Source of the DNA: an uncultured delta proteobacterium
GTDB taxonomy: Bacteria > Myxococcota_A > Polyangia > Polyangiales > Polyangiaceae
Direction of reading: 5' to 3'
DNA length: 64,000 nucleotides
NCBI GenBank assembly: GCA_963850305.1
Contig: CAWKKR010000008.1
Coordinates: 352,001 to 416,000, forward strand
In this document: positions 29,535-38,000 of the stretch, one piece after another
Layout of the letters: every line of letters begins with the position of its first letter
Numbering within the stretch: the first letter of the stretch is position 1
The notes under the pieces: model-generated
Databases searched by the model: none
The model's input: only the letters and a program-made list of their open reading frames with translations
What the model was told of the DNA's origin: nothing
Made by a program: the position numbers and the translations under genes

Positions 29535-30246
29535 GGGGGTCTTGACCCCCGCGGCTCGCTGCGCGACCGCTCCCCCGCCGCCTTCGCGGGCTCGCTCCGC
29601 TCGCAAGGGGGTCTTGACCCCCGCGGCTTGCTTCGCAACCGCTCCCCCCGCCGCCTTCGGCGGGCTCGTGCTCGCAAGGGGGTCTTGACCCCCGCGGCTT
29701 GCTTCGCAACCGCTCCCCCCGCCGCCTTCGGCGGGCTCGTGCTCGCAAGGGGGTCTTGACCCCCGCGGCTTGCTTCGCAACCGCTCCCCCCGCCGCCTTC
29801 GGCGGGCTCGTGCTCGCAAGGGGGTCTTGACCCCCGCGGCTTGCTTCGCAACCGCTCCCCCCGCCGCCTTCGGCGGGCTCGTGCTCGCAAGGGGGTCTTG
29901 ACCCCCGCGGCTTGCTTCGCAACCGCTCCCCCCGCCGCCTTCGGCGGGCTCGTGCTCGCAAGGGGGTCTTGACCCCCGCGGCTTGCTTCGCAACCGCTCC
30001 CCCCGCCGCCTTCGGCGGGCTCGTGCTCGCAAGGGGGTCTTGACCCCCGCGGCTTGCTTCGCAACCGCTCCCCCCGCCGCCTTCGGCGGGCTCGTGCTCG
30101 CAAGGGGGTCTTGACCCCCGCGGCTTGCTTCGCAACCGCTCCCCCCGCCGCCTTCGGCGGGCTCGTGCTCGCAAGGGGGTCTTGACCCCCGCGGCTTGCT
30201 TCGCAACCGCTCCCCCCGCCGCCTTCGGCGGGCTCGCTTCGCTCGC
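29535..30246. repeat. Tandem array of 10 x 71 bp triple-hairpin REP-like units
   Basis: Units start at 29605, 29676, 29747, 29818, 29889, 29960, 30031, 30102 and 30173, plus a diverged unit at 29535. Hairpins GGGGGTC-TT-GACCCCC, TTGC-TTC-GCAA, CCCGCCG-CCTT-CGGCGGG. Confidence 0.95.
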
Positions 30247-30302
30247 GTGCGCGGCGCTCGTTTCGTCGCTCGGGGACGATGCGCGCGTCGAAGCTGGATG
30301 AC

Positions 30303-30716
30303 TCACTTCGGGCAGCGGCCGGCGACGAGGCACGCATCGAACCAGCACTCGAGAGTCACGAGCTCATCCGACGGCAGCGGCGGTAGGGGCGCCGGTGGCA
30401 TCACACAGGTCGATGCCTGTTCTTGCGCCGTCGTCCAGAGGGTCCGGTTACTGTTGCAGGCGTTGTAGCTATCGAGCCGCCGGGTGGGATTGGGATTCTC
30501 GCCGCCGGCCTTGTGGCAGCCGGCGCAGTTCCCGTTCAGGATCGGCGCGACGTCCTTCGCGTAACTCGGTGGCGTCGCCGGACATTCGGTTTTCGGTCGC
30601 ACGGGGCACGTCTCGACGCCCGCTTCCCCGCCGAGATAGCCGCGGCCATCGCCCGTGTTCGCCGAGGAGCACGACGCGCAGGTCGCGAGAACGACGCAGA
30701 CGATGAGGCGGCGCAT
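30303..30716 (-). CDS. Monoheme cytochrome c lipoprotein
   Basis: Lipobox ATCASC; SYAKDVAPIL..NCAGCH; distal MPP. Confidence 0.8.
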   Translation of the reverse strand: MRRLIVCVVLATCASCSSANTGDGRGYLGGEAGVETCPVRPKTECPATPPSYAKDVAPILNGNCAGCHKAGGENPNPTRRLDSYNACNSNRTLWTTAQEQASTCVMPPAPLPPLPSDELVTLECWFDACLVAGRCPK

Positions 30717-31441
30717 CAGTCACACTCCGGTGCGGTGGCCGTCGCTGCGGCGGGCAGGACCCACAGATGGCCGGGCGAGGACGCGCTCTCCGGATTCACG
30801 TGGCAGCCATTGCACGAGCCGTCGCGCATCTCGGTCTTCATGACCTCGTCGTCGTCCCCGAGCGTGAGGGCGGCCCTTGCCGGAAAGGTCGGCTCGAACT
30901 CGCGCTGGGGTACCCAGAAGTTCCCGGCGCAATTCGACGTGGTCTCGAAGGTCCGGTTCTTTTGATCGACGATGCGCACGGTCACGCCTTCCGCGACCAC
31001 GTCAGGGGCCAGCTGCGCGTACACGGTACCCCCGAGCGACATGACGAACGAGGACGGCCCCTCGCCGCCGTGACACGTCAGACAAGGTTGCCCGGGGCGG
31101 TGCGTTGGCCCCGCGGGCACTCCGGGCGCCTCGGGGCCGAGCGCGTCGACCGCGGAGTCATGCACCGGATCCGCGCAGCCCACGACGAGCACGATGAGTA
31201 GTACTAGGAAAGGGGGGCCTTGCCCCCCGCGGCTCGCTTCGCGACCGCTCCCCCCGCCGCCTTCGGCGGGCTCGCTCCGCTCGTTTCGTAATGGGGGCCT
31301 TGCCCCCGCGGCTCGCTTCGCGACCGCTCCCCCGCCGCCTTCGGCGGGCTCGCTCCGCTCGCGTAGTTCCGCAGCTCTTTGATCCTTCGGGGACGACGCT
31401 GCTCGTCCATGCGGAACTACTAAGCGGATCAAGGCGTGCAT
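30716..31441 (-). CDS. Diheme cytochrome c lipoprotein whose signal peptide carries an in-frame 216-bp repeat insertion
   Basis: HRPGQPCLTCH and CNGCH motifs; removing 31207-31422 restores MHALIRLVLLIVLVVGC. Confidence 0.75.
   Translation of the reverse strand: MHALIRLVVPHGRAASSPKDQRAAELRERSEPAEGGGGAVAKRAAGARPPLRNERSEPAEGGGGSGREASRGGQGPPFLVLLIVLVVGCADPVHDSAVDALGPEAPGVPAGPTHRPGQPCLTCHGGEGPSSFVMSLGGTVYAQLAPDVVAEGVTVRIVDQKNRTFETTSNCAGNFWVPQREFEPTFPARAALTLGDDDEVMKTEMRDGSCNGCHVNPESASSPGHLWVLPAAATATAPECD
31202..31422. mobile_element. REP/MITE-like element (2 hairpin units) bounded by TACTA direct repeats
   Basis: TACTA at 31202 and 31418; left end TACTAGGAAAGGGG; right module GTAGTTCCGCA...TGCGGAACTAC inverted repeat. 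Confidence 0.75.
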
Positions 31442-31947
31442 ACGGGGTTCTCGGGCGCTGCCGGTAACACGTTCGTGCAGCCCTGGGGTGCCGTGCCCGA
31501 GAGCCACGTGACGAGGCACTGATCGCCGGGGCTTCCCACGGGAAACACGATGCCTCCCTTGTGCGATTCCGTGCCGCGTGCTTTTCGGATGAGCGTGAGG
31601 CGCTCGGGATGGGCGCCGCCGGATTCGACCACCTCTGCCATCACCTCCGGCTCGAGCGCGACCGCGGAACGATAATCCGCGAGCACTTCCGCCGGCGTCG
31701 TCGGATTGCCGCAGGGAACGTCGGTCGCGCTCAAGCGAAGGCCCTGGCTTCCGTAGAGACGGAAGTTCCGCCCGAGGCTTCCGTGACAGTCGAGCGAGCC
31801 GCAGGAATAGTCGAGCGCGGGCGCGACGATCGCGAAGTTCGTCTCGCTCGGAGCATCCACCGTGAGGGTCTCGCCCTCGTAGGGGCTCGAACAGGCCGCG
31901 ACGAGGACGGCGAAGGCGAGTACGAGCTCCACGCGCGCCGCCATCAT
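31429..31947 (-). CDS. Lipoprotein, probable cytochrome c with CX4CH motif
   Basis: MMAARVELVLAFAVLVAAC; CGSLDCH; distal His candidate in ESHKGG. Confidence 0.65.
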   Translation of the reverse strand: MMAARVELVLAFAVLVAACSSPYEGETLTVDAPSETNFAIVAPALDYSCGSLDCHGSLGRNFRLYGSQGLRLSATDVPCGNPTTPAEVLADYRSAVALEPEVMAEVVESGGAHPERLTLIRKARGTESHKGGIVFPVGSPGDQCLVTWLSGTAPQGCTNVLPAAPENPVCTP

Positions 31948-33161
31948 TCGAAGACTCCGTCCAGCCCGACCACGGCGGTCCCGGCGGTTCGTGACTTGAT
32001 GTACAGGTCGTCCTCGAACTGCGTGTTCATGACGTCGGCCTGGATCTGGAGCGACCAATCCGACGGGGCGATCTCCGGACCGAGGCCGTAGCTCGCGCCG
32101 ACGCCGCCGCCGATCGTGACGAGCGGCCCGAGCTCGCGATCGCCAGTGCGATACCGCGGGAGCTCCCAGCCGCCCGCGCCGTACGTGGATACGTACGCCC
32201 GGTCCCGGAAATACACGCCGTTCTGGACGTTGGCGCGGAGCCTCGGCCAGAGGGTGAAGCGGTTCGAGAGGTCCACGAAATAGCGGGCCTCGGTGGTCGT
32301 TGCGTGGAGCCCCCACGTGTCCGTGTAAACGCGTTCGTCCACGCGGATCGTCGAATGCTCCATGCGGTATCCGAAGCGGGCCGTCAGCGCGACTCGCTCG
32401 CGACTGTCCGGAAGCTGCTCGAGCGGACGCTCGGGAAGGCGGAGCGCGTTGACCATGGAGATCGACTCGCCTTTTGCGATGCTCGGCGCAACGTCCGCGC
32501 TGAACATGGGGATGTAGCGATACGGCTTTGACTGGTCGCCCGTCTCCACGATGAAATCCCCGATGAGCGAGAGCACCATGGCGCGGTTGAGCGTCAGCGT
32601 CACGCCGCCCGCTATCGTGTGCTGGAAGAGCGTGTGCGAGAAAACATCGAACGGCGTGCCCGTGCGGCCGATGGTGTCGTGATCGAGCGCGTAACCGAGG
32701 ATCGCCGTGTGGCTCTTGTCGCCGAAGTCCCAGAGGAAGTGAGCGGCCGCCGCGATGGACCGATAATCGGGCTCGCGCGACAGCGCGGCAGAAGCCTGGA
32801 TTCCGACGTCGCGAGGCTTGTACGTCGCGGCGAGCGTGCCCGCCTGGCGCACCTCCGTCCAGCGCTGCGACGCCGTCGAGACGATGTCCACGGAGGCCGC
32901 GGAGATCATGTCGACGAGATACTGCCCCCGCACCTTCCAGCGACCCGCCCGGTCCGCCACTTCCGCGATCGCCACCGGCGTCACGACGGTGACGTGATCC
33001 GTGTCGGCGTACGTCGTCGTCTGCGCGCTGGCTCGACCGATCACGGAGCTCGGCTCGGTGCCCGCGACGTCCGCCGGGGACGAAGCCTGCGCGTGCGAAG
33101 CATTGCCGATCGCCGCGCAGACGACGGCGATCCCGAGCGTCCGCTCGAGTCTCAGTTGCAC
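31944..33161 (-). CDS. DUF3570 family outer-membrane beta-barrel protein
   Basis: YLVDMISAASVDIVSTAS, SREPDYRS, QSKPYR, EQLPDSRER, YTDTWG, YRTGDREL; GTG start overlaps the DUF4266 C-terminus. Confidence 0.85.
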   Translation of the reverse strand: MQLRLERTLGIAVVCAAIGNASHAQASSPADVAGTEPSSVIGRASAQTTTYADTDHVTVVTPVAIAEVADRAGRWKVRGQYLVDMISAASVDIVSTASQRWTEVRQAGTLAATYKPRDVGIQASAALSREPDYRSIAAAAHFLWDFGDKSHTAILGYALDHDTIGRTGTPFDVFSHTLFQHTIAGGVTLTLNRAMVLSLIGDFIVETGDQSKPYRYIPMFSADVAPSIAKGESISMVNALRLPERPLEQLPDSRERVALTARFGYRMEHSTIRVDERVYTDTWGLHATTTEARYFVDLSNRFTLWPRLRANVQNGVYFRDRAYVSTYGAGGWELPRYRTGDRELGPLVTIGGGVGASYGLGPEIAPSDWSLQIQADVMNTQFEDDLYIKSRTAGTAVVGLDGVFE

Positions 33162-33355
33162 CCGCACCCGCTCGCGGCGCCGATCGCGCCGCCGGTTGCG
33201 CCCTCCTGAACGTGGTTCACGTGCGCTGCCGCGGGTCCGGCCATGTCCGTCATCTGCATGGTCGGGTGCGCCAGGCGCTCGCGCTGGTACGGCGCAACGT
33301 GCGCGCACGCGCCGCACATCGCGACGGATACAACGACGAGCAGGGTGCCGAGCAT
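33152..33355 (-). CDS. DUF4266 family small lipoprotein
   Basis: CAHVAPYQRERLAHPTM...QEGATGG...GCGCN C-terminus. Confidence 0.88.
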   Translation of the reverse strand: MLGTLLVVVSVAMCGACAHVAPYQRERLAHPTMQMTDMAGPAAAHVNHVQEGATGGAIGAASGCGCN

Positions 33356-33490
33356 AGGGGACTTCGGCCAGGTCATCGAGCTAAACGCGATACCCGACGT
33401 ACTCCGCGGCCACCGGCTTACCAGGTTTCGCAGCACGATCGCCCTGGATGTACGCGTCCCCCGTGCGTCACACGGGGGACGCCACGCGGT

Positions 33491-34331
33491 TCACGGCACG
33501 TTGATGTAGAACGCCGCGTGACCGTGCGGCGAGTCATCCGGATCGTCGCTGCACTCCTCGTAGAAGTGGAAGCGGATGAGCCACTGACCCGGCTCGTCGA
33601 ACACGAGCGGCCCGACCTTGTAGACGTCGCTGAACGTGAGGGACCCGATCGTGTACGGACCCGCGGACTCTTCAGTCGGCGTTTGAACGGGTGCGTTCTG
33701 GGCGAAGTGAATCGTGTGGTCGGACTCGATCTTGTAAGATTCCAGGTACGGCGCCGCGCCCGTGAGCGGCCCGCCACCGACCGTCTTGGTCGCGCCGACC
33801 GTGAACGTGACGTTGCTGCTCTCGCAGATCGGCGTGCTCTCCCACGCGACGTGGTACTTGCAGTCGTCGTCATAGGCGACGGTGCCGTTGTGCGTCGGCC
33901 CGTAGTCGCCCCCGGCCGTCACGATTCCGGCGTCGCTCGGAGGACCGGCGTCGAAGTTGGTGACGCACTGGCCGGTGACCTGCGTCATCAAGCCCGCGTC
34001 CGTGCCGGCATCGGTCAGCGCGGCGCAATGCGTGTCGGCTGGACCCGTGGTGGGACCCCCGGTGCACATGCCGCCGCCGCCGTCCATCACCATGCCGCCG
34101 ACACCGCCCATCGCCATGCCGCCGACACCGCCCATCGCCATGCCGCCGACACCCGCCCGTTGCCGCCGAACCGCCGGCACCCGAACCGCCCGCACTCCCG
34201 CCGTCAGTGCCGTTGGTATGGTTGCTACTGCTGGAGCAGCCGCTCATGGCCGCAACAGCGACGATCGTGCCGATGCCAAGCGCGCAGAAAGTCCGCCCCA
34301 CAAGAATCCGCTCAGAAAAATTTCCGACCAT
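33491..34331 (-). CDS. Lipoprotein with Met/Gly repeats and Cys/His-rich C-domain; +1 frameshift near 34158
   Basis: Lipobox VAAMSGC in ORF 33870-34331 joins (GGVGGMAM)n...YDDDCKYH...RFHFYEEC..SPHGHAAF in ORF 33491-34195. Confidence 0.7.
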
Positions 34332-34397
34332 GAAAGAACCTCCGGTTCTACCGTAAGTGTGGGAGTGTTTATGACACGGTCGGCGAATCTCGGACCT

Positions 34398-34412
34398 GCG
34401 GCAATTTGTCGC
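34398..34412. promoter_or_regulatory. Candidate RegR/RegA/PrrA-type box GCGGC-N5-GTCGC
   Basis: GCGGCAATTTGTCGC with an AT-rich spacer, in a divergent intergenic region. Confidence 0.35.
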
Positions 34413-34489
34413 CCTGGGGTGGATGAGGCATCCATATGTAACTTCCGCCGCAGTCGGGCGTAGAGAGCGAAGAGCGAGAAGTCAGGAAG

Positions 34490-35047
34490 ATGAATCCCCG
34501 CATCAACAGCGTTCTCTCGACCGCGCTGGTGTTCGTCCCTCTTGCCGCCGCGCTCGCGTGCGGAAGCCGGGACGGGACGTCGAAGACGTCATCAGCCGTC
34601 GAGCCCGCCGCGGACGCGGGAACCGCGGATGCGGGAACGGCGGATGCGGGTGCGCAGGTCCCGGCGGGGCCGACATTCCCCGCAACCGCCCTGTCGACCT
34701 TCTCGACGACCGCGAAGGATCTGACGATCGCGCTGCGGACGAGCCCGCAGCAACCGCCGCTCGTGGGCCCCGGCTCTTCCGCACAGTTCACGATCACCGA
34801 CGCGAACGGCGCGCCCGTGGATGGTCTCCAGATTTCGATCGCGACGTACATGCCCGTGATGGGGCACGCCTGCACGCCGGTGTCGATCAAGGTGACGGGC
34901 GAAGGCAACGGCCTCTACGTCGCGTCGCCGATCGATCCGAGCATGCCCGGCGCCTGCGAGCTCATCCTGACGCTGTCGCGCCCGGTCGCGGACGGCGGCA
35001 AGCTGACCGACAAGGCAACCAGCCCGCGTTTCACCGTCGCACAGTGA
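34490..35047 (+). CDS. YtkA/FixH-like Ig-fold lipoprotein
   Basis: Lipobox AAALAC; ITDANGAPVDGL..YMPVMGH...GNGLY...MPG. Confidence 0.7.
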   Translation: MNPRINSVLSTALVFVPLAAALACGSRDGTSKTSSAVEPAADAGTADAGTADAGAQVPAGPTFPATALSTFSTTAKDLTIALRTSPQQPPLVGPGSSAQFTITDANGAPVDGLQISIATYMPVMGHACTPVSIKVTGEGNGLYVASPIDPSMPGACELILTLSRPVADGGKLTDKATSPRFTVAQ

Positions 35048-35059
35048 CGGGGCGCCCCG

Positions 35060-38000
35060 TCACGCCGCGCCGAGCTTCTCCAGAAACGCCTTCGCGTCGG
35101 CGAAGTCCGGCTCCTGCGTGAGCGCGCGTTTCGCGAGGAACACAGCCTTCTTCGCGTCGCCCTTCTGCTCGGCGATGATTCCCTGACGGAGATAGGCTTC
35201 CGCCTTCGACATCGGCGCTTCACCCTTGAGCAAGGTGATGGCCTGGAGCGCCTTGATCGCGATGTCGTGCTCCCCGCGCTCCATCGCGATGACGGCGAGC
35301 TCCGACGCCGCGGCGCCGTTCTGGCGATCGGTCTGTACCGCGGCGTCGAGCCAGGCAAATACGGCTTCCCAGTCGCCGGCGAGCCTTCCGACGCGAGCCA
35401 TGGCGTGCTGGAGCTCGGCAAGCTCCGGGGACCTCCGCTTGCCGAACCCATCGATCGCTTGATCGAGGATGTTCGCGGCGTCCTCAATCTCGCCGAGCGC
35501 GCCGAGCGTGTCGGCAAGCTTGATGATGATGTGGTGCTCGTCGGGACGCAGGGCGTTGGCGCGACGGAAGGCTTCGACCGCCGTTCGTTCGCCGCCCGCG
35601 ACGCGCAGCGAGAGATCTCCCGCCTCCGCGAGGCGTTCGAAGCGTACCTTGTCGTCCGAAGCCTGCTCGGCCTCGGCGATCATGATGCTCGCGAGCTCCG
35701 CATACTCGCCCGCGGCCTCGTACATCCTCCGGAGGCGTGCGCGGAGCATCTCGTCCGAGGGCGCGCGCGCATACACTTGCTCGAGCGCCGCGCGAGCTTC
35801 CAACGGCGTGCCCGCGCGCTCGCTCGCGTCGGAGAGACGGACGACCGCGTCGATCTGGTCCGGACCATCCGTGATCTCGACGAGCCGCGCATAGGCCTTC
35901 GAAGCCGCGCTCCACTTCTCGGCGTTGGCGGCGAACTGCCCGAGCCCGCGTACCGCCTCCGCGTCGTTCGGGTGCCCCTTCACCCATCCGACGAGAAGCT
36001 CGAGTCCACGTCGCTGGTCGCCGGCCCTGGGCAGAAGGCTCGCCAGGCGCATCGTGGCTCGTCGCTCGACTTCCACGTCGTCCTGCTCGCCGGAGAGGAG
36101 CCGCTCGGCTTCCAGCAGATCGACCAGATCCGATTCGAAGCCGCCGTCCACGAGCCCCATCGCCTGATCGAGGTCGGCAATCGACGCGTCGAGGACGGGG
36201 ATCTCGTAACCTTGCACCTTCGGGCGCAGGCGTGCGCGCTGCGCGAGGAGGCGCGCCCGTCCCGGCGGCGGTACGGAACCCGATGCGAGCGCGTCCGTCA
36301 CGACCCCGAGCGCTTCCGCGGGTCGTCCCGCGTCGAGCGCGGCGGTGGCGAGCTCCTCCACCAGGCCGAGATCGCCTGGAACGAGGTCATGCGCTTCTGC
36401 CAGCAACTCGACGGCCCGCCCGCCGTTGCCGAGCCGATCGCGCCAGAGCCGCGCCGCTTCACGGAATTGCTCCACGGCCTCACCCGGATGCTCGCGGTGC
36501 CTGGCGTCGATCGCGAGCATCCCCGCGAGTCCCTCGAGGTCGTCGGCCTTCGTGTACCACTCGAACAGCCGCTCGCGAACGCCGGCGCTGTGTGGATTGG
36601 CCTCATAGCCGCGACGGAGCGCGCGCTCGAGGGCAACCGGATCCTTCTCGGTTTCCGCGATGGCCGCAAGCTCCAGCGCGAGCCGAACTGCCGCATCGCC
36701 CGTCTCCACGTCGAGTAGCCGCTCCATCACGAAGACGCGGTCTCTCGCGTCGTCATCCGGGCCGTAAAGGCCGAGCAGGGCCTCGAGGAGCGCGCGATCC
36801 GCGGGCGCGTACTCGAGGGATTCGCGGTAGAGAGCGACCGCCGCGTCCCTGTCGGTCGATTCCAGATTCTTGCCGATGCGGAGCGTGAGCGCAGCGACGG
36901 CCGCAGCGTCCTTTCAATCCTTCGCCGCGCCCAGCTGGCGATCGAGCAGCTCGTTCAGCTCCGGAAAGCGACCTGCCCGCTCGAGAAGCTCCGCGAGGAC
37001 GACCGAGGCCTGGACGTGGTCCGGATCCTCGTCGAGCACCTCGCGCAGGACCGTCTCCGCTTCGGCATGGCGAGCCGGGTCCTCGAGAAGAATGCGGCCG
37101 CGCTCCATGCGCAGGTGATTTCGCTCGGCCGGGTCGTAGACGGCCTCGACCGTCGTCGCGATGCAGGCTTCGAGCTCCGGGAACGCGCCGAGACGCCGGT
37201 ACACGTCGAGCAGCGGCTTCCACACACGCGCATCGGCCGGTTCGTCGCGGCGAAGCCTCTCGTAGACGATCGCGGCGCGCCGGAGATCCCCGAGGCTACC
37301 GGACGCGAGCTCGGCGAGCCTGAGCCCCAGGTCGAACGCGTCCGGTCCGCCGTGGCCCGCCGCTTCTTCCAGAAGATCGGCCGCCCCGGCAAAGTCCTTG
37401 GACGCTTCGCGAAGCGCGGCGAGATCCACCAGAGCGGGACCCACGTCGCGCAAGGAGCCCCTGCGGCGGGCGGCAGCGACGAGCCGTTCGAGAAGCATTC
37501 CGAGGCGAGGGTCGTTCTTCCGTCGGGCAAGGTCCGTCGCTTCCGACAACTGTTCGACCGTCGCATCGTCGAAAGCCGATGCGCGGGCCAGCGCGTCGAG
37601 AAGGACGTCGTCGCCTCCCGCGGCGCGAGCCACGCGCTCGTAGATACGCACCAGCGCCGGATCGGTCGGGAATCCCTGGACCGCGTTCGCGAGGAGCGGC
37701 AAAGCTCGGTCGTAGTCCGGCGCGCGATCCAGAGCTTGCCCCAGGATCATGGCTCCTTCGGCGACCGTCTCCGGCCGGGTGAGGTCGATCTCCGCGAGCC
37801 GGTAGAGAGCTTCATTGCGCGGCGTGGCGTCGGTCTCGTCCTGGTCCGACGACGCGACGAACTCGCGAAGCGCGCGGGCCAGCCGCTCGAGATCGTTCTC
37901 GGACACGACGCGAACGATTGCTCGATACGCGCGAAGCGCCCGGCGTCCGGTGGACAGCGACTCCTCGTAGTACCCGGCGGCACGCGTCGGCTCGGACAGC

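Noticed and set aside
29535..30246. CRISPR array
   Set aside because: Units are head-to-tail with no unique spacers, and there are no cas genes in the window.
29020..30348. Long repetitive ORFs over the 71-bp array
   Set aside because: 71 is not a multiple of 3 and all three frames give the same cyclic peptide; an artefact of a stop-free GC repeat.
28058..36916. TGA recoding (Trp or Sec) suggested by two in-frame TGAs
   Set aside because: TGA is the normal stop of most genes here; one case sits in a multiply broken pseudogene and the other probably replaces Arg.
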